Assembly (NCBI GenBank): GCA_018818645.1
Contig: JAHIRQ010000171.1
Span: 4,778 to 68,777 of the forward strand
DNA: 64,000 bases
Source: Bacillota bacterium
Lineage (GTDB): Bacteria > Bacillota_I > Bacilli_A > Acholeplasmatales > Acholeplasmataceae
Direction of reading: 5' to 3'
Both the position numbers and the translations under genes were made by a program. Position 1 is the stretch's first letter; each line of letters starts with the position of its first letter. The notes under the pieces were generated by a model. It did not search any database, was not told where the DNA came from, and was given only the letters and a program-made list of their open reading frames with translations. Below are positions 20,449 to 30,856 of the stretch, piece by piece.

Positions 20449-22827
20449 ATGCAAAATCAATTTGTCGACAAAGAAGCCTTTAAAAAGGCATTTTTACATG
20501 AACTCAGCACGCAGTTTCATGTTGAATTAAAGGATTCTTCCATATACCAAAGATATACTGTTTTAGCGACTATGCTGGATAGCGAATTAGAGGATTCTAG
20601 CCAAAAAACTTTAGCATATATAAAGCAAAATAACATGAAAAAAACCATCTATTTTTCGATGGAGTTTTTAATGGGACGCTTAATTACAAATAACTTACAA
20701 AATTCTGGCTACTATGACATAGTCAAAGCTGCATTCCATGATCTAGAATTGGATCTTAATGAGGTTGAACATGCAGAAACTGATGCAGGTTTGGGAAATG
20801 GTGGTCTAGGAAGACTAGCTGCTTGTTTCTTAGATTCAGCAGCTTCTCTAGGTTTACCACTGTTTGGAAATAGCTTAAGATACCAGCATGGGTTCTTCGT
20901 TCAAGAAATTAAAAACCATAGACAAGTTGAGCATCAGGATCCATGGTTAAAAGAACCGTTTATTTGGGAAAAAAGAGTTGATAGTGAAGCCATTCATATT
21001 CCAATATTTGGATATGTTCAAAACACGAAATTAATCAATCCTCAATGGATTAAAGCTGTTCCCTATGATGTTAAAATTGTAGGTGACCAAAATGGAGTAG
21101 TAACGAACCTAAGACTTTGGTCAACAGAACCAAGTGAAAAACAAGAAGTACAAAGTGATGAATATGTTCATATGACAAGAATGATTTCAGATTCATTATA
21201 TCCTGATGATTCTACAGAAGATGGAAAAACCTTGAGATTAATGCAATCTTATGTCTTTTCAGCAGCTGGAGTGAAAGCAGCTTTAAATGAACATAAAGCA
21301 TTGGGAAGAGATGTAAGAGAACTTCCAAATTACTTTACATTTCAAATCAATGATACACACCCAACCCTAATTATTCCGGAATTGATGAGAATTTTGATGG
21401 ATGAAGAACATATCAGTTATGAAGAAGCATGGCATATTACTCAAAGAACTTGTGCGTTTACAAATCATACAATTTTATCTGAAGCATTAGAAAAATGGAA
21501 TATTTTAATTTTTAGAAATCTTTTACCTAGAATTTATGAAATTGTTGCTGAAATGAATAGAAGATTTAAATTCATTTTAGAATCTGATGGTAGATTCAAT
21601 AAGGAACAGATATATTTAATGAGTTTGATTGGACAAAACCATGTAAGAATGGCACATATTTGTATTTATGGATCATTTAGCATCAATGGTGTAGCAGAAC
21701 TACACACAAGTATCCTTAAAAATATAGAAATGAAAAATTTCTATCACTTATATCCATTAAAATTTAATAATAAAACCAATGGGATTACCCATCGTCGTTG
21801 GTTAATTCACACAAATCCAGAACTTGTATCAATCCTAGATGAAAAAATTGGTACATATTGGAGAAAAGACTTAACAACACTTGTTAAATTTGATCAATTT
21901 AGATTTGATCGTGATGTTCAATTCAAAGTAGATTTAATGAAACGTGCAAAAAAACAAGCTTTAGCGGATAAAATCTACAAAGAACAAGGCGTTCTACTCA
22001 ATGTTGATAGTATTTTTGATATTCAAGTGAAGAGACTTCATGAATATAAGCGTCAGCTGATGAATATACTTCATATTATTTATGTCTATCAAAGATTAAA
22101 AACGGATGCTGACTTCAAAGAAAGTTATTTCCCTCATTCATTTATTTTTGGCGCAAAGGCTGCACCAAGCTATCATATGGCAAAAGCTATCATCGAATTA
22201 ATTGATACATTCGCTGAAATCGCAAATAATGACCCAGATACAAAGGATTTACTAAAGGTAGTATTTGTTAGAAATTATAACGTTACCTATGCAGAATACA
22301 TCATGCCAGCAGCAGATTTATCAGAACAAATTTCAACTGCAACCAAAGAAGCAAGTGGAACAGGAAATATGAAGTTTATGATGAATGGTGCAATCACAAT
22401 CGGTACAATGGATGGAGCAAACGTTGAAATCGTTGAAAAAGCAGGATTTGAAAATGAAATTATCTTTGGATTATCTGCAGAAGAAGTAACAAAACTTTAT
22501 ACATTTAATGGCTACAAACCAAGAGAAATATATGATCGTGATCCAAGATTGCAAAATGTATTCCAATTTATTAGAAAATTACATCATAACCCTCAACATT
22601 TTGATTACATCTTAAATGCTCTACTCAATAGTGACTACTTCTTAGTAATGAAAGACTTTGATGCATATGTCAAGGCACATGAAGTTGCGAATAGTGCCTA
22701 TAAGAATAGAACACGTTGGCTTGCGATGTCGATTGCCAACATTGCTAATTCAGGATTCTTTACATCAGATAGAACAATTGAACAGTACAACAATGAAATT
22801 TGGAAGCTTAAGAAAATTATTTTTTAA
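20449..22827 (+). CDS. glgP: Glycogen/maltodextrin phosphorylase (GT35)
   Basis: Conserved GLGNGGLGRLAACF, EASGTGNMKFMMNG (PLP-Lys region). Start at ATG 20449 after AAGGAG. Confidence 0.9.
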   Translation: MQNQFVDKEAFKKAFLHELSTQFHVELKDSSIYQRYTVLATMLDSELEDSSQKTLAYIKQNNMKKTIYFSMEFLMGRLITNNLQNSGYYDIVKAAFHDLELDLNEVEHAETDAGLGNGGLGRLAACFLDSAASLGLPLFGNSLRYQHGFFVQEIKNHRQVEHQDPWLKEPFIWEKRVDSEAIHIPIFGYVQNTKLINPQWIKAVPYDVKIVGDQNGVVTNLRLWSTEPSEKQEVQSDEYVHMTRMISDSLYPDDSTEDGKTLRLMQSYVFSAAGVKAALNEHKALGRDVRELPNYFTFQINDTHPTLIIPELMRILMDEEHISYEEAWHITQRTCAFTNHTILSEALEKWNILIFRNLLPRIYEIVAEMNRRFKFILESDGRFNKEQIYLMSLIGQNHVRMAHICIYGSFSINGVAELHTSILKNIEMKNFYHLYPLKFNNKTNGITHRRWLIHTNPELVSILDEKIGTYWRKDLTTLVKFDQFRFDRDVQFKVDLMKRAKKQALADKIYKEQGVLLNVDSIFDIQVKRLHEYKRQLMNILHIIYVYQRLKTDADFKESYFPHSFIFGAKAAPSYHMAKAIIELIDTFAEIANNDPDTKDLLKVVFVRNYNVTYAEYIMPAADLSEQISTATKEASGTGNMKFMMNGAITIGTMDGANVEIVEKAGFENEIIFGLSAEEVTKLYTFNGYKPREIYDRDPRLQNVFQFIRKLHHNPQHFDYILNALLNSDYFLVMKDFDAYVKAHEVANSAYKNRTRWLAMSIANIANSGFFTSDRTIEQYNNEIWKLKKIIF

Positions 22828-22835
22828 GGAGAAAA

Positions 22836-24131
22836 ATGATGGCAAAACAGACTGATCTTAATTTAAGATCGTATACGTTTTATCAAGTCTTTGCAAGACA
22901 ACATTCAAAATCTAAAGACTTTAAAGGAGTCATTCAGGATTTAGATAGAATTAAAGCCTTGGGAACCGATGTTATCTATTTTTTACCAATACATCCTATT
23001 GGTAAAAAAGCTAGAAAAGGAAGCGAAGGATCACCATATTCAATCGTTGATTATATGGAAGTACATGATAAATTAGGCACGATTGATGATTTTAAAGAAC
23101 TCGTGGATAAGGCACATGATTTAAACATGAAAGTAATGATTGATATCGTATTCAATCATACCTCTAGAGATTCAAAACTCGTTAAGGAAAAACCAGATTG
23201 GTTCTATAAAAATGATCAAGGTGAATTCGCCAATCGAATTGGTGATTGGAGTGATATTACCGATTTAGATTTTTCAAAACGTCCTGTTTGGGACTACCTA
23301 ATCGATGTTTTAAAATACTGGGGTTCTATAGTTGATGGCTTCAGATGTGATGTCGCACCACTTCTTCCTATCGATTTTTGGAAGGAAGCAAGACATGAAG
23401 TTGAAAAAATTAACCCCAATCTAATCTGGTTGACAGAATCTGTACATCCTGGCTTCATTAAATACCTTAGAGATATGGGATATGATTGCTCAAGTGATTC
23501 ACAGATGTATGAAGCCTTTGATATTTGTTATGATTATGACATATTTGATTATATGAATGATTATTTAAAGGATGGTAAAAAGCTTTCTAGATGGCTCGAA
23601 GAAGTAGCAAGACAAGATGTTACATACCCTAGAAACTATGTTAAACTCAGAAGCTTTGAGAACCATGACCAACCAAGATTGAGAAGTAAAGTAAGAGATC
23701 AAGAGCATTTTATGCAAATGATTGCCCTCATGTTCTTTTTAAAGGGTTCTGCCTTCATTTATGCAGGACAAGAGCATTCAATCAGTCACGCACCTACTCT
23801 ATTCGAAGATGACTTAATTCCATGGAACAAAGAAACTTCGATTGAGTCCTTCATTCAAAGATTATCTGCACTTAAAAAACAACCTATATTCATAACTGGT
23901 AACTATAATATGCACCACAGTGTTGATGTTGCAGTACTATCCTATACCTATCAGAATCAATTTTTAGTCGGTATTTTCAATTTAGAACTTCAAAAATCTG
24001 TTGAAGTTCCTTTGATCGATGGAATCTATACAAATTTCATCAATGAAGAGGATATTGAAGTAAAAAATGGTAAAATAGAGTTAAATAGTACACCTATTAT
24101 CATAGACACATTAAAGGAACATATTAAATGA
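22836..24131 (+). CDS. Cytoplasmic GH13 alpha-amylase-family enzyme
   Basis: DIVFNHTS, GFRCDVAPLL, WLTESVH, FENHDQPR. No signal peptide. Confidence 0.75.
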   Translation: MMAKQTDLNLRSYTFYQVFARQHSKSKDFKGVIQDLDRIKALGTDVIYFLPIHPIGKKARKGSEGSPYSIVDYMEVHDKLGTIDDFKELVDKAHDLNMKVMIDIVFNHTSRDSKLVKEKPDWFYKNDQGEFANRIGDWSDITDLDFSKRPVWDYLIDVLKYWGSIVDGFRCDVAPLLPIDFWKEARHEVEKINPNLIWLTESVHPGFIKYLRDMGYDCSSDSQMYEAFDICYDYDIFDYMNDYLKDGKKLSRWLEEVARQDVTYPRNYVKLRSFENHDQPRLRSKVRDQEHFMQMIALMFFLKGSAFIYAGQEHSISHAPTLFEDDLIPWNKETSIESFIQRLSALKKQPIFITGNYNMHHSVDVAVLSYTYQNQFLVGIFNLELQKSVEVPLIDGIYTNFINEEDIEVKNGKIELNSTPIIIDTLKEHIK

Positions 24132-26086
24132 AAATATTCATCGATGGTTTTCAGTTAGTCCGTGTAGAATCAGATACCTATATTTATAAGATAGAGATTG
24201 AAAATAATTCATTGAACTGGTTAAAAAACGAAGGTTTTAATCAGTTTTTTGTCTGTGAAAAGCCTATTGAACTGCATAAGAGTGATAAAATCTATATTAA
24301 TGACAAGGAATACCCTCTAGAAATAGGGTTGGTAACACTTTCTAAAGAGTTCGAATTAAGATTTCGATATGATGGTAAGCTAGGTTATGAGTATAGCCCT
24401 GAATCCACTAAATTCAGTTTGTTTTCACCAGTAGCTAAAGAAGTTTTTGTTGTGATTGAAAATATTGAATACCCTATGGAATATATAGATCCAATTTGGA
24501 CTACAACGGTTATGTCTAACCTAGAAGGCCTACCTTATCACTACAAAATCCGTTTAGTTAATCAATTTGTCGATGTAAAAGATCCATATACCAACGCTTG
24601 CTCAACAACAGATTCATTTATTGTCGACTTTAACAAAGCAGAACCAATTGAAAAAACACCAATTCTTGTCAAAAATTATGTAGATACAGTTATTTATGAA
24701 GGACATATTAGAGATTTATCCATTCATCTTGATGTAGAATCTAAAGGTTTATTTGAGGGCATACTAGAAAATAGCAAGCTTTTAAAAACCAATGTTTTAG
24801 GATACATCAAAAAACTAGGGATGACACATCTTCAGTTACTACCAGTTTATGATTTTGAAGGTGTTGATGATCTAAACAAAGAAAAATTATACAATTGGGG
24901 ATATAATCCAAGTCAATACTTTGCAGTAGAAGGCTGGTTTTCTAAGCATCCTGATGATCCTTATGATCGGATCAATGGGCTTAGAAAAATTGTCAATCAT
25001 GCGCATTCTATTGGATTAGGGATCAATATGGATGTCGTTTATAACCACGTCTATAATCATCTGACATTTCCATATGACAAGATTGTTCCTGGTTATTTTT
25101 ACCGCCATGATAGTAAGAATAAAATGACAAATGCTTCCTATTGTGGTAATGATCTTGAAACAAGAAATTATATGGTCAGAAAGCTTATTGTAGATAGTCT
25201 TGTTCATTTTGCAGAATTCTATCAAATAGATGGATTTAGATTCGATTTAATGGGACTTCTAGATCTAGACACAATGCATATGATTGAAGCAGAACTTAAA
25301 AAAAGAAATCCTTACATCATGTTATATGGTGAAGGATGGAATATGAATACAGAAGTCAAACATAGTCATCGAAGTAATATGAATAACCAAGCCTCTTTTA
25401 CATCATATGCACACTTTAATGATTTCTATCGGAATACAATGAAGGGTGAACTTCATGGTCCAGGTCTTGGATATACGATGGGAAATAAACACATGGCAAA
25501 TAAAGCAATGGATTCAATCATTGGTTCACCACATATGTTTACTTCACCCAATCAATCTATTAATTACGTGGAATGTCATGATAATTTAACTTACTATGAT
25601 AAAATGCTACTATCTTGTGGCTTTGAAAAGGAATCATTTAAAGAGTGTCAAGATTTTGTTAACCATTTAATAGCAATTTCTCAAGGTGTACCTTTTTATC
25701 ATGCAGGACAAGAGTTTTATCGCTCAAAAATGGGAGTTGAAAACTCATATAACAGTCCTGATGAGATAAATCAGATTCACTGGAATATAAAAGTAGATGC
25801 AGTGGATAAATTGAGAAAGCTTCTTAAACTCAGAAAAAAGTATAAATTATACAGACAAACGACTTTTAATGATTCAGTTACTATCAAAAAAGAAAATAAC
25901 ACCATTATTTATAAGCTTGAAAATGATAAGGAAATATTGTTGCACTATATTAAAAATCATTATGATATCGAAAAGTTTCCTTTGAATAATGGCAAGTTGA
26001 TATTTCCATCACAAAAAGCACTATCAGAAGATCAAGATTTTTATGTAGATAAACCAGGTATTTATATTATTCATATCAAGAAATAG
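24128..26086 (+). CDS. Cytoplasmic type I pullulanase/debranching enzyme (GH13)
   Basis: YNWGYNP, DVVYNHV, GFRFDLMGLL, YGEGWN, VECHDNLT. No signal peptide. 4-nt overlap with the upstream gene. Confidence 0.8.
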   Translation: MKIFIDGFQLVRVESDTYIYKIEIENNSLNWLKNEGFNQFFVCEKPIELHKSDKIYINDKEYPLEIGLVTLSKEFELRFRYDGKLGYEYSPESTKFSLFSPVAKEVFVVIENIEYPMEYIDPIWTTTVMSNLEGLPYHYKIRLVNQFVDVKDPYTNACSTTDSFIVDFNKAEPIEKTPILVKNYVDTVIYEGHIRDLSIHLDVESKGLFEGILENSKLLKTNVLGYIKKLGMTHLQLLPVYDFEGVDDLNKEKLYNWGYNPSQYFAVEGWFSKHPDDPYDRINGLRKIVNHAHSIGLGINMDVVYNHVYNHLTFPYDKIVPGYFYRHDSKNKMTNASYCGNDLETRNYMVRKLIVDSLVHFAEFYQIDGFRFDLMGLLDLDTMHMIEAELKKRNPYIMLYGEGWNMNTEVKHSHRSNMNNQASFTSYAHFNDFYRNTMKGELHGPGLGYTMGNKHMANKAMDSIIGSPHMFTSPNQSINYVECHDNLTYYDKMLLSCGFEKESFKECQDFVNHLIAISQGVPFYHAGQEFYRSKMGVENSYNSPDEINQIHWNIKVDAVDKLRKLLKLRKKYKLYRQTTFNDSVTIKKENNTIIYKLENDKEILLHYIKNHYDIEKFPLNNGKLIFPSQKALSEDQDFYVDKPGIYIIHIKK

Positions 26087-26096
26087 GAGTGATTTC

Positions 26097-27947
26097 ATGC
26101 GACTGTTATCAGATCATGATGTTAATGAGTTCTTGCTCGGTAGAGCATCTAATCTTCATGAGTTCATGGGTTCCCATCTTCTAAAAGATGAAAATGGGGA
26201 TATTTACGCAACTGAATTTACTGTCTACGCTCCAAATGCTGTTGAGGTTAGATTAATATCTAGCTTCAATAATTATGAGGGATGGAAGCATGTATTAACT
26301 AAAATCCATCACATGGGTTTCTTTAGAATTGAAGTTTTAGGAAATCATGAATGGGCAACCTATAAATATGAAATACACACTACAAAGGGTAGAACTATTT
26401 TTAAGGCAGACCCTTTTGCACATTTCGCTGAGGTTAGACCACAAACTGCGTCTAAAGTCACCGATATTGACGGATACATTTGGAATGATTCAAATTGGCT
26501 TTATACTAAAAAGAAGAGCTATGAACAACCTCTTCTTATCTATGAAGTACATCTTGGATCTTGGAGAAGAAAGTTTGGAGCATTTAAACCATATAATGAA
26601 GTCGTTGATGAACTCATCACTTATGTATTAGATCAAGGATTTACCCATATCGAATTTTTGCCGATCTATGAATACCCATTAGATGATTCATGGGGTTATC
26701 AAGGTACAGGATATTTTGCATCTACTTCACGTTTTGGTGTTCCAAAAGATTTAATGTATATGATTGATCGCTTGCATCAAGCAGGTATTGGTGTCATTTT
26801 TGATTGGGTTTTAGGACATATTTGCAAAGATGCACATGGGCTATCATTTTTTGATGGTACACCATTATATGAGTTTAATGATAAAGAGAGACGTGAAAAT
26901 ATAACATGGGGCACCGATAATCTAGATTTCTCAAAGGGGATTACGAGAAGCTTTATGCTTTCTGCATTAACTTACTGGATGGATTATTTCCACGCAGATG
27001 GATATAGAATTGATGCAGTATCCAATCTTATTTACTACCTTGGTAATAAACAAAAAGGTGTGAATCAAGATGCAATCAATTTTATTAGACAAGCTAGTTT
27101 CCATTTATTTGGAAAAGATGATCGTATTTTGTTCATGGCAGAAGACTCAACGGATTATCCTTATGTTACACATCCAGTTTCTACTGGTGGTATGGGGTTT
27201 AATTATAAATGGAATATGGGGTTTATGAATGATGTACTTCGCTATTTCAAAGAAGACCCAATACATCGTAAGTTCCATCACGATAAAATCACTTTTGGTT
27301 TAGTCTATGCCTTTAATGAACAATTTGTTCTCCCTTTCTCACATGATGAAGTAGTTCATATGAAAGGATCACTTGTTAATAAAATGCCAGGTGATTATTT
27401 TCAAAAGATGGCGAATTGGAGACTACTCTTAACCTTATGGATGACACATCCTGGTAAGAAATTACTCTTCATGGGACAAGAATTTGCATCATTTTCGGAA
27501 TGGGCATTTAATAAAGAGCTAGATTGGAATCTCTTCACATTCCCTGCACACCAAAAAGCGAATCGATTCTTCAAGGATCTTGCACAAATCTATCGTCATC
27601 ATGATGCCCTATATCTTTATGATCATCATCCAAAAGGATTTGAGTGGTCAGTAGTTGATGATTATGATCAATCCGTATTCGCATTCATTAGAAGAAGCGA
27701 TACTGAAACATTAATCATAATCTTAAATATGACACCTAATGTTCATGAATTCTATGAAGTCGGAGTACCTCTTCATGGAACCTATGAAGAAATATTAAAT
27801 AGCGATAAAGAAATTTACTTCGGTTCTGATTTATACAATGGTGTGCCGTTGAAAACAACAAAACAAGATAAAAATCAATTTCATTACATTATTAAACCCA
27901 CCTTGGGACCATTATCAGGAATCATCTTAAGACATATAAAAAAATAG
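26097..27947 (+). CDS. glgB: 1,4-alpha-glucan branching enzyme
   Basis: DWVLGHICKD, GYRIDAVSNL, FMAEDST, LPFSHDEVVH motifs. Confidence 0.9.
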   Translation: MRLLSDHDVNEFLLGRASNLHEFMGSHLLKDENGDIYATEFTVYAPNAVEVRLISSFNNYEGWKHVLTKIHHMGFFRIEVLGNHEWATYKYEIHTTKGRTIFKADPFAHFAEVRPQTASKVTDIDGYIWNDSNWLYTKKKSYEQPLLIYEVHLGSWRRKFGAFKPYNEVVDELITYVLDQGFTHIEFLPIYEYPLDDSWGYQGTGYFASTSRFGVPKDLMYMIDRLHQAGIGVIFDWVLGHICKDAHGLSFFDGTPLYEFNDKERRENITWGTDNLDFSKGITRSFMLSALTYWMDYFHADGYRIDAVSNLIYYLGNKQKGVNQDAINFIRQASFHLFGKDDRILFMAEDSTDYPYVTHPVSTGGMGFNYKWNMGFMNDVLRYFKEDPIHRKFHHDKITFGLVYAFNEQFVLPFSHDEVVHMKGSLVNKMPGDYFQKMANWRLLLTLWMTHPGKKLLFMGQEFASFSEWAFNKELDWNLFTFPAHQKANRFFKDLAQIYRHHDALYLYDHHPKGFEWSVVDDYDQSVFAFIRRSDTETLIIILNMTPNVHEFYEVGVPLHGTYEEILNSDKEIYFGSDLYNGVPLKTTKQDKNQFHYIIKPTLGPLSGIILRHIKK

Positions 27948-27970
27948 CACCTCCGAAGAGGTGCTTTTTG
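27946..27970. terminator. Bidirectional terminator between glgB and malR
   Basis: AGCACCTC cgaa GAGGTGCT stem with flanking A- and T-runs. Confidence 0.7.
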
Positions 27971-27971
27971 C

Positions 27972-28943
27972 TTATTTGGTTGTTTCTCTTTCAATCAATT
28001 TGACATCGATGATATCATGTAAACTCTCTAACTCAACACCACGAATCAATCTTGTTAAGTTGATGAAAGATTGCTTTCCCATGAAGTTGACCGATTGATG
28101 GATAGTTGTAATCGATGGAGTTACCCATTTTGAATATGGGGTATTATCATAACCGATTAGCGATACATCTTCTGGTACCTTACGACCTAGCTTTTGTAAT
28201 ATATTGAGTGTTGCAAAGGCTAGCGTGTCTGAGAATGTAAAGATACCATCAACATTAGGATTATTCTTTAGGATTTCTTCAATCAATTTAAAATCAGGAT
28301 TGATTAAATCAAAATCAAAGATATCTGCAAATAAGTCGTGTTGCTTAAGCTCATTTAGAAAACCAATAGTTCTTTCCATTGTAGTAAGTAGGAAAGAAGG
28401 ACCTCTAAATATGATGAGATTTTTAGCTCCAGTAGCAATTAGTTTTTGAGCAGCAAGTGCTCCACCTTTGACATTGTCAGAAGTAATAGATGGTATGTTT
28501 TCATCTAAAATGTGGTCTACAGTAACTACAGGAATATTAAGCTCGACCAACTTATCACGGTTAGAGAAGTTTGATGCGATAATCAAACCTTCGATATTAT
28601 ACTGTTCAAAGAATTTCAGATATTCAAGTTCACGATCAGGATCATCTTGTGTATGACAAAACATGATTTTATATCCATACGCTGCAGCTTGGGATTCAAT
28701 GCCTTCTAGAAGTTCACCATAGAACGATGGTCCTATATGAGGGACAATGACACCAATGATTTTAGAACTTCTACTGGTAAGACTTCTAGCAAGTTGATTG
28801 GGGATAAATCCCAAGTCTTCAATAATCTTATTGACTAAAACCTTAGTATCATCATGAACATATCCTTTTTGGTTAATAACTCTAGAGACAGTAGATACAC
28901 TGACATTAGCTTTTTTTGCTACATCACGAATCGTTGGCTTCAT
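27972..28943 (-). CDS. malR: LacI-family transcriptional regulator (MalR-like)
   Basis: N-terminal HTH TIRDVAKKANVSVSTVSRVIN plus a periplasmic-binding-like sugar domain. ATG 28943 preferred over the GTG at 28946. Confidence 0.85.
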   Translation of the reverse strand: MKPTIRDVAKKANVSVSTVSRVINQKGYVHDDTKVLVNKIIEDLGFIPNQLARSLTSRSSKIIGVIVPHIGPSFYGELLEGIESQAAAYGYKIMFCHTQDDPDRELEYLKFFEQYNIEGLIIASNFSNRDKLVELNIPVVTVDHILDENIPSITSDNVKGGALAAQKLIATGAKNLIIFRGPSFLLTTMERTIGFLNELKQHDLFADIFDFDLINPDFKLIEEILKNNPNVDGIFTFSDTLAFATLNILQKLGRKVPEDVSLIGYDNTPYSKWVTPSITTIHQSVNFMGKQSFINLTRLIRGVELESLHDIIDVKLIERETTK

Positions 28944-28945
28944 CA

Positions 28946-30739
28946 CTAGTCCTCCTTTTGAAGAAGTAAAAATTGGTATTCTTCTAAATTGATTGTATCA
29001 TGAAGTTCAACTTTCTTGTTAGTAAATAAATCAGTATAAGTGCCAAAAATTGAGGAATCTAGATTAACTTTAGTTTCTTTTCCATTGTTAATAATGACTA
29101 AAATATGATCATTTTCTTTATGTTTCGTAAAAATTAATATATTAGATTCAATAAAATGATAGTCATAATCGCTAAATGATGGGTGTATATTTCTGAGTTC
29201 GATAAGCTTTTTTGTAAAGTCAAAGAAGTCTATGTCTTGATCCTTTTTATTCCAAAGCATACAACGTCTATTGTCTGGATCATGTTCACCAGTAATACCA
29301 ATCTCATCACCATAATAAATATTAGGTGCTCCAGCTGATAAAAACATAAGTAGATAGCTTAATTTTACACGTCTGGAATCATCGGATAATCTTCTTTTAA
29401 TACGAATCGTATCATGTGAGCCAACAAGGTTAAACATATTTTCCATAACGTTTTTTGGAGTCGTAGCAAGATAAGTTGTAACTACATTTTTAAATGTATT
29501 TAAGTCAATTTGGTGTTCTAAATATTTCCAAATTGGATACGATAAATCATAATTCATAACTGAATCTAATTGATCACCATGTAGCCAAGGATATGAAGAA
29601 TCCCAGTTTTCACCTAAGATAAATGTATCTTTTTTTGCTTGTCTGGAAACCTTTTTGATCTGTCTTAAGAAGTCATGCGATATCTCGTTTGAAACATCAA
29701 GTCTCCATCCATCGATATCATATTCATTAATCCAAAACTGGATACAATCTAATAAATGCTTTTCAGCTATAGGGTTAGATGTGTTCCATTTTGGCATGTG
29801 CGGAGTAAACGCAAATGTCTTTAAATTGAGTTCAATACCATAGTAGTTCGTTGGCTTACCTTGGCTATTTAAAGGAAAATTAATGACCGGGAATTTATCA
29901 ATAAAGAAACAATCCTTGTAGATTGAATTCTCCCCATTTTTAACTACATCCTGGAAAAACGGATGATCAAAACCTGAGTGGTTGAACACGCCATCTAGCA
30001 TCACCTTAATACCAAGTTCATGTGCCTTTTTTACCAAAAGACCAAAGTCTTCATTCGTTCCAAACTGAGGGTCGATTAAAAAATAATCAGCAGTATCGTA
30101 TTTATGTGCTGTAGGAGCTAAAAAGATTGGTGTAAAGTATATACCAGTTACACCCAAGTCATTTAGGTAAGGAAGCTTTTCAATAACACCTTTTAAATCT
30201 CCACCATATAATTCGTGATTATTGACTGGGAGTTTACCCCATTTCAAACCACTTTTTTTATGAAAGCTATTGAATCGATCAGGAAAGATTTGATACCAAA
30301 CAGTATTTTTAACCCAATCTGGAGTATGATGCAAATCCTCATGATTCAAGTAAGGGAAATTATAGTATTCACTTAAATCAAACTTTTCATAAAGTTTTGA
30401 TTCATCAGTAATCAAACGAACACGCTTTGAACCATAAACATATCGAGAACTTTCCGATTCAAGAATAAAAGCATACTTTGTTCTCAAATATGGTGGTTTA
30501 ATTTCGATAAAATAAAAATCGAAGTCATCGGATTGATAACGACACTTCATTTCTAGTACTTCATGCTTCCAAAAAGGTTTTCCAAATTGATCTCCACCCC
30601 ATGAGAATGGATCTCCATAGATTATTTGGACCCTATCTAGATCATTTTTTGCAGTTCTTAATGTAATGTGGAGTGTCTCTTGATCATAAGCGTAAGAGAA
30701 CTCTGATTTGGCATTGTGCCATAATGCTAATTTATTCAT
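28946..30739 (-). CDS. Neopullulanase/cyclomaltodextrinase/maltogenic amylase (GH13_20-like)
   Basis: N-terminus MNKLALWHNAKSEFSYAYDQETLHITLRT is typical of this family. DGVFNHSG, GWRLDVSNE, LGENWD, GSHDTIR. ATG 30739 preferred over the TTG at 30751. Confidence 0.85.
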   Translation of the reverse strand: MNKLALWHNAKSEFSYAYDQETLHITLRTAKNDLDRVQIIYGDPFSWGGDQFGKPFWKHEVLEMKCRYQSDDFDFYFIEIKPPYLRTKYAFILESESSRYVYGSKRVRLITDESKLYEKFDLSEYYNFPYLNHEDLHHTPDWVKNTVWYQIFPDRFNSFHKKSGLKWGKLPVNNHELYGGDLKGVIEKLPYLNDLGVTGIYFTPIFLAPTAHKYDTADYFLIDPQFGTNEDFGLLVKKAHELGIKVMLDGVFNHSGFDHPFFQDVVKNGENSIYKDCFFIDKFPVINFPLNSQGKPTNYYGIELNLKTFAFTPHMPKWNTSNPIAEKHLLDCIQFWINEYDIDGWRLDVSNEISHDFLRQIKKVSRQAKKDTFILGENWDSSYPWLHGDQLDSVMNYDLSYPIWKYLEHQIDLNTFKNVVTTYLATTPKNVMENMFNLVGSHDTIRIKRRLSDDSRRVKLSYLLMFLSAGAPNIYYGDEIGITGEHDPDNRRCMLWNKKDQDIDFFDFTKKLIELRNIHPSFSDYDYHFIESNILIFTKHKENDHILVIINNGKETKVNLDSSIFGTYTDLFTNKKVELHDTINLEEYQFLLLQKED

Positions 30740-30785
30740 ATTGATCACCAAAAATATTATAACATACCAAAAATTTTATAAAATA

Positions 30786-30799
30786 TGAAACCGCTAACA
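30786..30799. promoter_or_regulatory. LacI/MalR-type operator candidate (TGAAACCGCTAACA)
   Basis: Lies in the divergent neopullulanase-malR / malL-malQ intergenic region. Confidence 0.35.
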
Positions 30800-30856
30800 T
30801 TATTTATTCTATACTATATATATGTTAAAATATAGATGTGAAAAGGAGTCGTTAAG

